Shown here piece after piece: positions 18,217-28,237 of a stretch of DNA of 64,000 bases. The notes beneath the pieces were generated by a model, which saw only the letters and a program-made list of their open reading frames with translations, had not been told where the DNA came from and did no database searches. A program made the translations under genes and the position numbers. Location: positions 1,617-65,616 of the forward strand of contig CAZOUV010000001.1 in NCBI GenBank assembly GCA_964583105.1, read 5' to 3'. The DNA comes from an uncultured Gammaproteobacteria bacterium (GTDB lineage: Bacteria > Patescibacteriota > Microgenomatia > UBA8517). Every line of letters begins with the position of its first letter. The stretch's first letter is position 1.

Positions 18217-18223
18217 CAGCCAA

Positions 18224-18922
18224 TCATTCTTTTGGAGCTTTTCCGTAAATTGTAATGGTGGTTCCCTCGTCTTCTTTACTTGCATAGGTTGTGTTTGCAA
18301 GTACTTTGGGATTTGTCCAATAGTAAAGAGTTTCGGCATCCGCAGTTCTCATATTTACACATCCGTGGCTCATGGGATGGCCGAAGTTTTCATGCCAGTA
18401 TGTTCCATGAAGGCCAAAACCCCTGCTTTGAGCAATCTGATCGTTATAGAAGTACATTACGTAGGGAACATTGGGAAGGTAGTAATACGTGTTTGTATTT
18501 GGATTTCCTCCTGACATTTTTGTGTACTTGAGTTTTATCCAGATTTTAAAATCTCCGGTTGGAGTTGGATACCACTTGCCGCTTGAAACAGGAAAGGTAT
18601 AGATAAGCCGATTATCTTCATATGCGTACAGGGTTTGTGTACTTAAATCAACATAAATGTGCTTGTTTTCTTCACCCGTATATTCTGCAAGAACATGTTT
18701 CTGGTTATTTAATATTTCTTCCGGAACAGATACTAATTTTCCAAGATATCTGCCTTCAAATATTTCTTCGTATTTTCCTGACAAATCCTCGGTACAGGTT
18801 ATGGAATTGGCGCATGGGTTTTTTTTAAGACTTTGGGGAATAAAAACCGCGGCAAACGAAAGAATCAGAAAAACGGAAAGAAAGGTAATAAAAGAATTTT
18901 TATTTCGGTAGGATTTTTTCAT
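18224..18922 (-). CDS. L,D-transpeptidase (YkuD family), secreted/membrane-anchored
   Basis: GFGLHGTYWHENFGHPMSHGCVNM contains the catalytic H...C motif. N-terminal signal/TM. Confidence 0.8.
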   Translation of the reverse strand: MKKSYRNKNSFITFLSVFLILSFAAVFIPQSLKKNPCANSITCTEDLSGKYEEIFEGRYLGKLVSVPEEILNNQKHVLAEYTGEENKHIYVDLSTQTLYAYEDNRLIYTFPVSSGKWYPTPTGDFKIWIKLKYTKMSGGNPNTNTYYYLPNVPYVMYFYNDQIAQSRGFGLHGTYWHENFGHPMSHGCVNMRTADAETLYYWTNPKVLANTTYASKEDEGTTITIYGKAPKE

Positions 18923-19052
18923 TTATATATTAAGATTATGCGTAATTTAAGGGAATGTAAATAAGAAGCTTTCTATATCCTATAGATTTGACTTTTAGCT
19001 TCAGTTTTGATAGTATTGCCCAATTGTTCTTCCGAAAGGAGGAACTATTTTT

Positions 19053-19700
19053 TTGAATATGTTTGCGTCAACCGTACTGGCTTTGAGCCTGATTTCGATC
19101 CTCCCCAGCTTTATTTCGGGGGGAGATTTATATATGGCCAGCCACGAAATGAGCCTGGAAAATAGATACGGAGATACATATGTCAATAATGTATTTAAAG
19201 ACAACATTCTTCTTACCTTAAGGTATATGGAAGGTTCGGTTACCGAAGCGGGAAATATTTCTTGGGAAGCTGTTCAAAAACCATTTAGGTACGAGATGAT
19301 TCTTAAACCGGATGAGATATTTGCCTTTCATGACACGGTTTTACCTGAATACGATGGAAGCGTGGATAAAACCACAAATGCTCATTTTAACTATCAGGAC
19401 GGATTTAAAAGCGATGGATATCTTTATGGTGATGGAGTATGCCACCTAGCCTCTCTTATCTATTGGGTTGCCAAAGATGCCGGTCTTGAGGCTGTTTCTC
19501 CAATCAATCATGATTTTGCCGGGATTCCCGAAGTTCCAAAAGAATATGGAGTTTCCATATCTTTCAGGCCGAATGAAACAAAGAGAAGTTCTCTGCAAAA
19601 TTTGTATATAACAAACAATAAAGAAATACCCATCAGCTTTATTTTTGAATATGATGGAAAGGATCTTAGAGTAGGAGTAAAAGAAGCTGAATTGATATAG
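19053..19700 (+). CDS. VanW-like protein, secreted
   Basis: GDGVCHLASLIYWVAKDAGLEAV resembles the VanW GGGVCQ-STTLYNAA core. N-terminal signal peptide. Confidence 0.5.
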   Translation: MNMFASTVLALSLISILPSFISGGDLYMASHEMSLENRYGDTYVNNVFKDNILLTLRYMEGSVTEAGNISWEAVQKPFRYEMILKPDEIFAFHDTVLPEYDGSVDKTTNAHFNYQDGFKSDGYLYGDGVCHLASLIYWVAKDAGLEAVSPINHDFAGIPEVPKEYGVSISFRPNETKRSSLQNLYITNNKEIPISFIFEYDGKDLRVGVKEAELI

Positions 19701-19710
19701 TTTGACTTCC

Positions 19711-19739
19711 TTGACAGGGAGATATTCAAAGAATACAAT
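19711..19739 (+). promoter_or_regulatory. sigma-70-type promoter for greA
   Basis: TTGACA-N17-TACAAT consensus, about 60 bp upstream of the greA ATG. Confidence 0.6.
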
Positions 19740-19800
19740 TCTCAAAGTAGTTTAATCTCTCCGACTAAAAAAGAAGGGGAGTATTTTTTTCCTTACAAAT

Positions 19801-20262
19801 ATGGCAAAAGTAATACAAATGACAAAAATAGGCATTGAAGCTCTAAAGCAAGAGCTTGATATTCTGGTGAAAACAAAAAGACCGAAGCTTGTTGAAAGGC
19901 TTGCCTTTGCAAGAGGAGAAGGTGACTTGTCTGAAAACAGCGATTATCAGTCGGCCCGCGAAGAGCTTGATTTTATGGATGGAAGAATTTCGGAAATTGA
20001 AGAAGTATTAAAAAACGCTTCGATTGTGACAACCAACGGAAAAAACGGGGATATAGGAGTAGGGACAAAAATAACGGTTAAATTTAACGGTCAAAAGCTT
20101 GTTTTTGAAATGGTGGGAGAGTGGGAAGCGGATCCCGTAAACAAAAAGATTTCACCGGATTCTCCTTTAGGAAAAGCATTGTTTGGTAAAAAAGCGGGAG
20201 ACAAAGCCGAAGTGGAAGCTCCTGCGGGAAATATAACCTACGAAATTCTTGCGATTGAATAA
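19801..20262 (+). CDS. greA: transcription elongation factor GreA
   Basis: N-terminal coiled-coil with acidic tip (EGDLSENSDYQ), C-terminal FKBP-like domain. 153 aa. Confidence 0.9.
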   Translation: MAKVIQMTKIGIEALKQELDILVKTKRPKLVERLAFARGEGDLSENSDYQSAREELDFMDGRISEIEEVLKNASIVTTNGKNGDIGVGTKITVKFNGQKLVFEMVGEWEADPVNKKISPDSPLGKALFGKKAGDKAEVEAPAGNITYEILAIE

Positions 20263-20295
20263 ACTTCTTCTTAAGGCTACAATTAGCTTCAGGGT

Positions 20296-21870
20296 ATGCA
20301 TTGGGCAGATAAAATAGCACAAGAAATTATTGCATCGGGAAAATACAGGCCTTACTGGGTTGATGATATGAAGACTTTGTCGGGTTATGCCCACGTTGGT
20401 TCAATCCGCGGACCACTTATTCATGATTTAATTTTTAAAGTTCTTAAAACCGAAGGAAGGGAAACTACTTATACTTTTGTTTTCAACGATTTTGATGCTA
20501 TAGATAGCTTATCTTCGGAGTTAAAAAAAAACTTCTCCAAATATATGGGAGTACCTCTTAGGATTGCGCCATCTCCCATTGAAGGTTTTTCAAGTTTTGC
20601 AGAGTGTTTTAATCATAATTTTATGAAAGCTTTTGAAGTTTTGGGTATTAAGCCTAAATTCCTATCCTCGTGGGATATGTATCATCAGGGAAAATTTGAT
20701 GAAGTAATTAAAATTGCACTTGATAATTCCGAGGTTATTCAAGACATATACAAAAAAGTAAGCGGCAGCCAGAAAAAAGAAATGGGCTGGCTTCCTTTTC
20801 AGGTTGTTTGCGAAAAATGCGGAAAGTTAAGCACTACCCGGGTTTTTGCATGGGACGGAAAAGAAGTTTCTTATAAGTGTGAACCCAATATGGTAACTTG
20901 GGCTCAAGGGTGCGGTCATGAAGGGAAAATTAGTCCTTTTGGTGGAACAGGAAAATTACCTTGGAAGGTCGACTGGCCTGCTCATTGGAAAGTTTTGGGT
21001 GTTACCATTGAGGGTGCCGGAAAAGATCTTGCATCTAAGGGTGGTGCCTATGATATTGCTTTTGAGATTTCGGAGAAGGTTTTTAAACACTCTAAACCTT
21101 ACCGACTTCCCTATGAACATTTTTTGATAGGGGGAAGGAAGATGTCGAGTTCAAAAGGAATTGGTTTAAAGGCAAATGAATGGGTTCAGATTGTTCCTCC
21201 GGAACTTAGCAGATTTTTATTCGTCAAAACCAATTTTAGAGAAGCTATCGAATTTAATCCCTTTGGAACAATGGCAATTCCTGATCTTTTTGATGAGTAT
21301 GACAGGTGTTGGGAGGCATATGACAAAGGGGGAGACGAAAAACTTGCAAGGACATATGAGCTGTCTCAGATAAATAAAGTTCCGGAAAAAGAAAAAGGGT
21401 TTTTTGCTCCAAGATTTAGAGATATTGCAAATTACCTGTCTCAAGGATTTTCTTTGGATGAAATGGTAGGTAAATTAAACGAGATTAAGAAAGGAAAAAT
21501 TGATGATTCCGAAATGGGAATTATTGAAGAAAGGGTAAAATATGCAAAAATTTGGCTTGAAAAATATGCACCCGATGAATTCCGATTTGAAATGACCGAG
21601 AAAGTTCCTGAAGAAGCCAAAAAACTAACGGAAGATCAAAAGAAATATCTGAAGGGAGTTATTAAACTATTCAATGAAGAAGAAACTGCCGAATCCCTGC
21701 AGATTTCTTTATATGAATTGTCAAAGCAATTAGATATTCCTACCAAAGATGCTTTTGCTGCAATATATACCATATTTATTGGAAAAACACATGGTCCTCG
21801 TGCGGGAATGCTTCTTTCAAAATTCGGAAAAGAAAAAGTTATTGAAAGGATTTTGGAAGTAGCAAAATGA
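20296..21870 (+). CDS. lysK: lysyl-tRNA synthetase, class I (LysK-type)
   Basis: HVGS (HIGH-like) near the N-terminus and KMSSSKG (KMSKS). Length and architecture match the archaeal-type class I LysRS, not the class II LysS. Confidence 0.8.
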   Translation: MHWADKIAQEIIASGKYRPYWVDDMKTLSGYAHVGSIRGPLIHDLIFKVLKTEGRETTYTFVFNDFDAIDSLSSELKKNFSKYMGVPLRIAPSPIEGFSSFAECFNHNFMKAFEVLGIKPKFLSSWDMYHQGKFDEVIKIALDNSEVIQDIYKKVSGSQKKEMGWLPFQVVCEKCGKLSTTRVFAWDGKEVSYKCEPNMVTWAQGCGHEGKISPFGGTGKLPWKVDWPAHWKVLGVTIEGAGKDLASKGGAYDIAFEISEKVFKHSKPYRLPYEHFLIGGRKMSSSKGIGLKANEWVQIVPPELSRFLFVKTNFREAIEFNPFGTMAIPDLFDEYDRCWEAYDKGGDEKLARTYELSQINKVPEKEKGFFAPRFRDIANYLSQGFSLDEMVGKLNEIKKGKIDDSEMGIIEERVKYAKIWLEKYAPDEFRFEMTEKVPEEAKKLTEDQKKYLKGVIKLFNEEETAESLQISLYELSKQLDIPTKDAFAAIYTIFIGKTHGPRAGMLLSKFGKEKVIERILEVAK

Positions 21871-22433
21871 TAACCAAGGTAGAGGCGTTAGAACTTCTTC
21901 ATGCCAACATGCAGTCCGTTAATTTAAGAAAGCATTGCTATGCGGTCAGTGCCGCAATGAAAGCTTTGGCAAAACACTTTAGAGAAGATGAAGAAAAATG
22001 GGAAGTTGTGGGAATTTTACATGATGCTGATTATGAAAAGACAAAAGATGCTCCTGAAAAACACACGGTTTTGACAATTGAATGGTTAAGGGAAAAGAGA
22101 GTTAACGACAAAGAAATTATTGATGCAATTATCTCCCATAATTACTCTCATACCGGAGGAAGTCCCCCTAAAAATAATCTTGAATGGTCGCTTTATTGCT
22201 CAGATGAACTTACGGGATTTATTGTTGCGGTAACTTTGGTAAGACCGGAGAAGAAATTATCGTCGGTTACGGTTGAAAATGTTCTAAGTAAGTGGAATCA
22301 AAAAGCTTTTGCGGCGGGAGTTAAAAGAGAGCAGATAGAAATGTGCCAAGAGAAGTTGGGTATTAAGCTTGAAGATTTTATTAAAATTATCCTTTCTGCA
22401 ATGCAGGAAATTTCCGGTGAATTAGGATTATGA
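21867..22433 (+). CDS. HD-domain phosphohydrolase
   Basis: H...HD motif (LRKHCYAV ... GILHDADYEK). Confidence 0.65.
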   Translation: MITKVEALELLHANMQSVNLRKHCYAVSAAMKALAKHFREDEEKWEVVGILHDADYEKTKDAPEKHTVLTIEWLREKRVNDKEIIDAIISHNYSHTGGSPPKNNLEWSLYCSDELTGFIVAVTLVRPEKKLSSVTVENVLSKWNQKAFAAGVKREQIEMCQEKLGIKLEDFIKIILSAMQEISGELGL

Positions 22434-23044
22434 AAAATACGGATTACACAGAATTTGAAGCTAAGTTTTATCCAGTAGATAAGGAAGAATATAGAAAAAA
22501 GCTTATTAGGATTGGAGCTAGGCTAACTATTCCGGAGCGAAAAATGGTTAGGATTGTTGCAGATAGGAGAATAAATCCTGTTTTAAATAGCGGAAAGTAT
22601 ATTAGAGTCAGGGACGAGGGTAATACGGTAAGATTAAGTGTCAAATTTATGGCTGAGGCAACGGGTATAATGAGTGATCAAAAAGAAATAGATGTGGAGG
22701 TAAGTGATTTTGAAAAAACTAAAAAGATTATTGAAAATTGCGGTATTAAGTTTAATAGGAAACAAGAAAATTCAAGAGAAGAGTGGTCCTACAAAGGTGC
22801 GCAAATAACTATCGATTCATGGCCAGGACTTGATCCTTTTTCGGAAATTGAGGCAGGAAGTGAGAGTGGAGTTAAAAAAATAGTAGAAGAATTGGGATTT
22901 GACTGGAACAAAAAAATTATTGTTCCTGCAGCCGACGTCTATGCTATGGTTTATAGAATGAACATAGAGGATGTTCTGGAAAAAATCAGTAATATCACTT
23001 TCGAAAACAATCCCTTTAAAGATTTAAGAAAATATCAGATATAA
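22430..23044 (+). CDS. CYTH-domain (triphosphate tunnel metalloenzyme) protein
   Basis: N-terminal EFEAKF (ExExK) signature. Its start overlaps the HD gene stop (ATGA). Confidence 0.6.
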   Translation: MKNTDYTEFEAKFYPVDKEEYRKKLIRIGARLTIPERKMVRIVADRRINPVLNSGKYIRVRDEGNTVRLSVKFMAEATGIMSDQKEIDVEVSDFEKTKKIIENCGIKFNRKQENSREEWSYKGAQITIDSWPGLDPFSEIEAGSESGVKKIVEELGFDWNKKIIVPAADVYAMVYRMNIEDVLEKISNITFENNPFKDLRKYQI

Positions 23045-23057
23045 TGTATATGGAATC

Positions 23058-24341
23058 ATGCTTGATATAAATTACATTAGAGAAAATACCGAAAAGGTTA
23101 AAAAAACCACTTCTTCAAAACAAATGGATTCTTTATTGGTTGATGAAGTTTTGAAACTAGACTTAAAAAGAAGAGCACTTCTTAAAGAAACTGAAGAGCT
23201 AAGAGCGGAAAGAAATATTGCCTCAAAAAATAAAGATATTGAAAAAGGTAAGGACATTAAAGTCAGGCTGCAGAGATTGGAAGATGAATATAGGGAGATT
23301 GACAAGAAATATAAAGAAGTTCTTTGGCAAATACCCAATGTGGTTTCCGAAGACACTTTTTTTGGAAAAGATGAAACGGAAAATAAAATTGTTCGGAAAT
23401 GGGGAACGCCACGCAAATTTTCCTTTGAGCCAAAAGACCATCTTAGTTTGGGTGTGAATTTGGGAATAATCGATACCGAAAAAGCATCAAAGGTTTCCGG
23501 TTCAAGATTTGGGTATCTTAAAGGGGATCTTGCCTTGATGCAGTTTGCTTTGATCCAGTTTGGTTTAAGTGTGCTTACGGATGAAAAAATCTTAAAAGAA
23601 ATTGCAGGTAGTATTGATAAAGATTATTCATCCAAAACTTTTATTCCGGTCGTCCCCCCCGTTTTTATCAAACCGGATGTTTTTGAAAAAATGGCCAGGC
23701 TTAATCCCAAGGAGGAACGGTACTATATTCCCACAGACGACATATTTCTTATAGGAAGTGCTGAACACACTCTTGGACCTATGCACATGGATGAAACCTT
23801 AAACGAAAATGATCTGCCAATAAGATATGTAGGCTATTCCACTTCATTTAGAAGAGAGGCCGGTTCCTACGGAAAAGATACCAGGGGAATATTAAGAGTT
23901 CATCAGTTTGATAAATTGGAAATAGAAAGCTTTACCACAAAAGAAAATTCAATTAAAGAACAGGATTTTATAATCGCAATTCAAGAATATTTGATGCAAA
24001 AACTTGAAATTCCGTATCAGGTTGTTTCGATTTGTACTGGAGATATGGGAAATCCCGATTACAGGCAAACGGATATTGAATCGTGGATGCCCGGGGAAGG
24101 AAAATACAGAGAAACACACACATCTGATTTAATGACTGATTATCAGGCCAGAAGATTAAATACAAAAGTTAAAAGATCAAATGCTGAAAATGAGTTTGTT
24201 CATATGAATGATGCAACTGTTTTTGCAATTGGAAGAACAATAATTGCAATAATTGAAAATTATCAAAATGAAGACGGTTCAATAACAATTCCCAAAGTTC
24301 TTCAGAAATGGATGGGTAAGGAGAAAATCACAAAAAAATAA
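23058..24341 (+). CDS. serS: seryl-tRNA synthetase
   Basis: N-terminal coiled-coil arm and class II core motifs (FRRE, GRTIIAIIENYQ). Confidence 0.95.
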   Translation: MLDINYIRENTEKVKKTTSSKQMDSLLVDEVLKLDLKRRALLKETEELRAERNIASKNKDIEKGKDIKVRLQRLEDEYREIDKKYKEVLWQIPNVVSEDTFFGKDETENKIVRKWGTPRKFSFEPKDHLSLGVNLGIIDTEKASKVSGSRFGYLKGDLALMQFALIQFGLSVLTDEKILKEIAGSIDKDYSSKTFIPVVPPVFIKPDVFEKMARLNPKEERYYIPTDDIFLIGSAEHTLGPMHMDETLNENDLPIRYVGYSTSFRREAGSYGKDTRGILRVHQFDKLEIESFTTKENSIKEQDFIIAIQEYLMQKLEIPYQVVSICTGDMGNPDYRQTDIESWMPGEGKYRETHTSDLMTDYQARRLNTKVKRSNAENEFVHMNDATVFAIGRTIIAIIENYQNEDGSITIPKVLQKWMGKEKITKK

Positions 24342-24356
24342 GAATATAATTAATTT

Positions 24357-26177
24357 GTGAAAGGATTTAAGAAAGCAACATCTTCATTTAAAGAGATTAT
24401 CTTTAATCTTAAAAGGATGATTTCTTTATCGTGGAATACCGATAAGGTATTAACTTCAGGATATTATGGTACAGCCGGTTTATCCGCTATCTTTCCGATT
24501 ATTGCCAGTTTTATTTACAAACTATTTATTGATAATACGATTGCCAGTTTAGGGATTAAACCTTCAATACCTATTATATTAATTGTTATTTTGGGGTCTC
24601 GGTATATATCAAACTGGATTTGGGATTTTGTTTCATGGGGGTTAAAAGAAACCTATTTTGATTATTTACTGAGATATAAACTGCAGAACAAACTGAATAA
24701 TTTATTTTGCAAAAAATTGTCACATATAGATATTCAGCATTTGGAAGATTCTGAAACACAAGATCTAATTAATAAAGCCAAGGATACCCTGACATGGCGG
24801 CCTCAAGATTTTTTAAGAGGATTTTCATATCTTTTTACCAATTTAATTGCTTACGCTTCCTCTTTCCTATTGTTGTCTGGCTATAACTGGTATCTGCCAT
24901 TTATTATTTCAGTTTTTGGTTTACCCCGACTTTATCTGAGAGCAAAGATGGGAAGATTGCAGTGGTCTATTTGGGGCAGCAGTACCCCGGAAGCTAGAAA
25001 ACTTTGGTATTTACAGTGGTTATTAACACAAAAGAATTCGATTATTGAATCAAAGATTTTTCAATCATCCAACTCCTTAATTAAACAAAGTCTTAATATT
25101 CAGTCGGAATTGTATGAGAAAAACAAAAAACCCGTTAGAGATTTTATTAAAGTAGCTTCCCTTCCTCAGTTTTTTGAGATGTTTGTGATTTTTGGTTTTG
25201 CTTTTGCCAAACTGCCCATGGTTCTTAATGGTCAGATGTCTGTAGGAGATTTTTCCTTTTTTGTAGATATGCTTGACCGTGTTGTTAATTCTGTAGCCGG
25301 TATGGTAGGAAATCTTGGTTGGATGTATGAAAATAATTTATATGTTAACCATTTTTTTGAAGTTATGAATCTTCCAAAAATGGTTGAAAAACCGACACAT
25401 CCAGTAAAAGTATCAAAAGAGATTTCTCCACCGGAAATAGAATTTAAAAATGTCAGCTTTTCTTACCCCAAATCCAAAAAGAAAGTGATTAAAAATTTGA
25501 GTTTTAAAATAGGATCTGGTGAGAACGTAGCTTTGGTAGGGAAAAATGGAGCTGGAAAAACAACGATTGTAAAGCTTTTATGCAGATTTTACGATGTAGC
25601 CTCCGGTGAAATATTGATTAATGGAATTAACATAAAACAATTGGACATAGAAGATTGGTATAAATATTTAGGTACATTATTCCAAGAATTTATTAAATAT
25701 GATTTTACTGTTAAAGAAAATATTACTCTCGGAAATTTAGATAATTACAGCGATATTAAAATGTTGGCTGCAGCTAAAAAAAGCGGTGCCGACAAATTTA
25801 TCGAAGAACTTCCGAAAAAATACGATCAATTATTGGGTAAGCAGTTTGAAGGAGGAATTGAACTTTCTATAGGCCAATGGCAGAAAATCGCAATTGCCCG
25901 TGCTTTTTATGAAAGCCCTCCAATATTGATTTTAGACGAACCGACGAGCGCCATAGATGCTGAGGCGGAATATCAGATTTTTAAAAATTTAGCTCAGGAA
26001 TATAAAAATAAAAGTCTGTTACTTATTTCCCACAGATTTTCAACCGTTAGGAATGCGGACAGAATTATAGTTATTGATGACGGTGAAATTGCGGAAGAAG
26101 GATCTCATCGGGAATTGATGGACAAAAACGGAAAATATTCCAGCATGTTTAATAAACAGGCAATCGGATATAAATAA
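24357..26177 (+). CDS. ABC exporter, fused permease + ATPase (MsbA/type I exporter-like)
   Basis: 6-TM N-terminal domain, Walker A GKNGAGKTT, signature LSIGQWQKIAIARA, Walker B ILILDEPTSAID. GTG start. Confidence 0.85.
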   Translation: MKGFKKATSSFKEIIFNLKRMISLSWNTDKVLTSGYYGTAGLSAIFPIIASFIYKLFIDNTIASLGIKPSIPIILIVILGSRYISNWIWDFVSWGLKETYFDYLLRYKLQNKLNNLFCKKLSHIDIQHLEDSETQDLINKAKDTLTWRPQDFLRGFSYLFTNLIAYASSFLLLSGYNWYLPFIISVFGLPRLYLRAKMGRLQWSIWGSSTPEARKLWYLQWLLTQKNSIIESKIFQSSNSLIKQSLNIQSELYEKNKKPVRDFIKVASLPQFFEMFVIFGFAFAKLPMVLNGQMSVGDFSFFVDMLDRVVNSVAGMVGNLGWMYENNLYVNHFFEVMNLPKMVEKPTHPVKVSKEISPPEIEFKNVSFSYPKSKKKVIKNLSFKIGSGENVALVGKNGAGKTTIVKLLCRFYDVASGEILINGINIKQLDIEDWYKYLGTLFQEFIKYDFTVKENITLGNLDNYSDIKMLAAAKKSGADKFIEELPKKYDQLLGKQFEGGIELSIGQWQKIAIARAFYESPPILILDEPTSAIDAEAEYQIFKNLAQEYKNKSLLLISHRFSTVRNADRIIVIDDGEIAEEGSHRELMDKNGKYSSMFNKQAIGYK

Positions 26178-26212
26178 ACTTCATGCAAATATTAAGGTCA
26201 ACAATTTTAAAG

Positions 26213-27373
26213 TCAATTTTTTTTGGTATAGTAGATTTTATCTTTTAGTTTTTCAGGAAGGTAACTTTCATTATCATATTTCTCATATCCTTTTCCGTAG
26301 CCTACCTCTTCCATGAGTTTTGTTACGGGATTTCTAATTTTTAAAGGAACAGGAAGATTGCCAAAAGTATTTACATCTTTTAAAGCTTTCATATAGGCCT
26401 CATATACGCCTCTATCTTTTTTGGCCGTAGCAAGGTAGACAACTCCTGCTGCCAAATTTTCCTGACATTCGGGGTAGCCTATGGTGTTACAGGCTTGAAA
26501 AACCGCATTAGCAACAACGAGAGCTGTGGGAGAAGCCACATCTTCCGAAGCAAAGACAACCATTCTTCGGGCAATATATAAAGGATCCTGCCCTGCAGCA
26601 ACCATACGGGCAAGGTAGTAAAGAGCACTATCTACATCCGATGCCCTCATGCTTTTGATAAATGCAGAAATTACATTGTAGAAATCTTCTCCTCTTTTAT
26701 CGAATGTATATTGCCTTCTTTGTAGTGCAGTTTCCAAATCCGGAATTTTTATGGTTGGTGTTTTAACAAGATTAGATGCAATTTCAAGTACGTTAAGCAT
26801 CACCCTTGCATCTCCGTTTGAAGCTTCCAGAAGAAATTCCAAAGAATCTTTATTTAATTTCTTTTTGGTGTGTCTTAAGGCCTTGGTCAAAATTTTTGTT
26901 AAATTTTTCTGGGAAAGTTGATTTAAAATTAAAACCCTGCACCTTGAAAGAAGCGGTCCTATTACTTCAAAGGAGGGGTTTTCAGTAGTTGCTCCTATAA
27001 GGATAATGTTCCCTTTTTCAACATAGGGAAGAAGCTTATCCTGTTGGGCTTTATTGAAACGGTGTATCTCATCCAAAAACACAATAGGGGAATTTTTGGC
27101 AGCAACCATTACTTTTTGAATATCTGTAATTTTAGTGTTAACCGCAGAAAATTCAAAATATTCTCTCTTAAGAGTATTGGCAATTATTCTTGCAAGGGTT
27201 GTTTTTCCTGATCCCGGAGGTCCCCAGAAAATTAATGATGGGAAAAAATTGCTTTCTTTTTGATTAACAAGAAGTTTATTAATAATTCCTTCTTTCCCCA
27301 CAAGATTTTCCTGACCCACAAAATTTTTTAAAGTTTTAGGCCTTAAAAGTTCCGGAAGAGGAATATTTGTCAT
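26213..27373 (-). CDS. rarA: replication-associated recombination protein A (RarA/MgsA AAA+ ATPase)
   Basis: Walker A GPPGSGKTTLARIIA, Walker B FLDEIHRFNKAQQD, MgsA C-terminal domains. Confidence 0.9.
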   Translation of the reverse strand: MTNIPLPELLRPKTLKNFVGQENLVGKEGIINKLLVNQKESNFFPSLIFWGPPGSGKTTLARIIANTLKREYFEFSAVNTKITDIQKVMVAAKNSPIVFLDEIHRFNKAQQDKLLPYVEKGNIILIGATTENPSFEVIGPLLSRCRVLILNQLSQKNLTKILTKALRHTKKKLNKDSLEFLLEASNGDARVMLNVLEIASNLVKTPTIKIPDLETALQRRQYTFDKRGEDFYNVISAFIKSMRASDVDSALYYLARMVAAGQDPLYIARRMVVFASEDVASPTALVVANAVFQACNTIGYPECQENLAAGVVYLATAKKDRGVYEAYMKALKDVNTFGNLPVPLKIRNPVTKLMEEVGYGKGYEKYDNESYLPEKLKDKIYYTKKN

Positions 27374-27414
27374 TGAGACATTCTAAACCAAATTTAAACC
27401 GAAATAAACTACCT

Positions 27415-27603
27415 TTAATTTGGTTTTTGAATTATGGTTTCGGGATCATTTATATCTAGTGTTTCTTCAAAATTTTCAATATCTTTTTTGACTGCACGTT
27501 GAACAATTATTTTTGTACCAGCTTCACTAATAATTCTATTTCTCGTTCTCTCTATTGCCTTTCTTGAAATATTTTTTATTCCATCGTCATGTTTTTTTTC
27601 CAT
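27415..27603 (-). CDS. hypothetical small basic protein (62 aa)
   Basis: ORF only. Confidence 0.25.
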   Translation of the reverse strand: MEKKHDDGIKNISRKAIERTRNRIISEAGTKIIVQRAVKKDIENFEETLDINDPETIIQKPN

Positions 27604-27628
27604 TCCTGAATTATACTTTAGCTGACTT

Positions 27629-28231
27629 ATGTTAGGAACAAGAATTTTGGAAGAAAGAAAATCAGAAATTAATAACTATGTCAAAGTTGTAAGAAGTTTA
27701 GGATACGGAACATATATACAAGTTAATAGCCTAACTCAATCGGGGGGAGTGGTTGAATCAATTTGGAAAGAAACGTTAAGAAAAATTAGAAAAGAAAAAA
27801 TAAACAAAGTTCTTATTTTGGGTTTGGGAGGAGGAACTGTGGCAAAACTAGTAAAAAAATACTGGCCAGAATCAAAGATTACAGGAGTCGAAATAGATCC
27901 CATAATGATTGAACTAGGTAAGAAGTACTTGGGATTAAAAAATGTAGAGATAATCATTCAGGATGCTTACGAATTTATTAAAAAAAATAAGGAAAAATAT
28001 GATTTGGTAATTGTCGATTTGTATATCGGAGATGAATTTCCAAAAAAATTTGAAAAAGAAAGTTTTTTAAAACTCCTAACTAAAAATAAATTAGTTATAT
28101 TTAACAGACTTTATTACAGAGATAAGAGGAAAGAATCGGTTAAATTTGGAAACAAACTGGAAAATATTTTTTCTAAAATTGAATGGTTTTATCCTCAGGC
28201 TAATTTGATGCTTCTCTGCTACAATATGTAG
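27629..28231 (+). CDS. class I SAM-dependent methyltransferase / spermidine-synthase-like protein
   Basis: VLILGLGGGTVAKLV (motif I), ITGVEIDPIMIELGKKY, YDLVIVDLY. This matches the SpeE-like fold. Confidence 0.55.
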   Translation: MLGTRILEERKSEINNYVKVVRSLGYGTYIQVNSLTQSGGVVESIWKETLRKIRKEKINKVLILGLGGGTVAKLVKKYWPESKITGVEIDPIMIELGKKYLGLKNVEIIIQDAYEFIKKNKEKYDLVIVDLYIGDEFPKKFEKESFLKLLTKNKLVIFNRLYYRDKRKESVKFGNKLENIFSKIEWFYPQANLMLLCYNM

Positions 28232-28237
28232 GTAATC

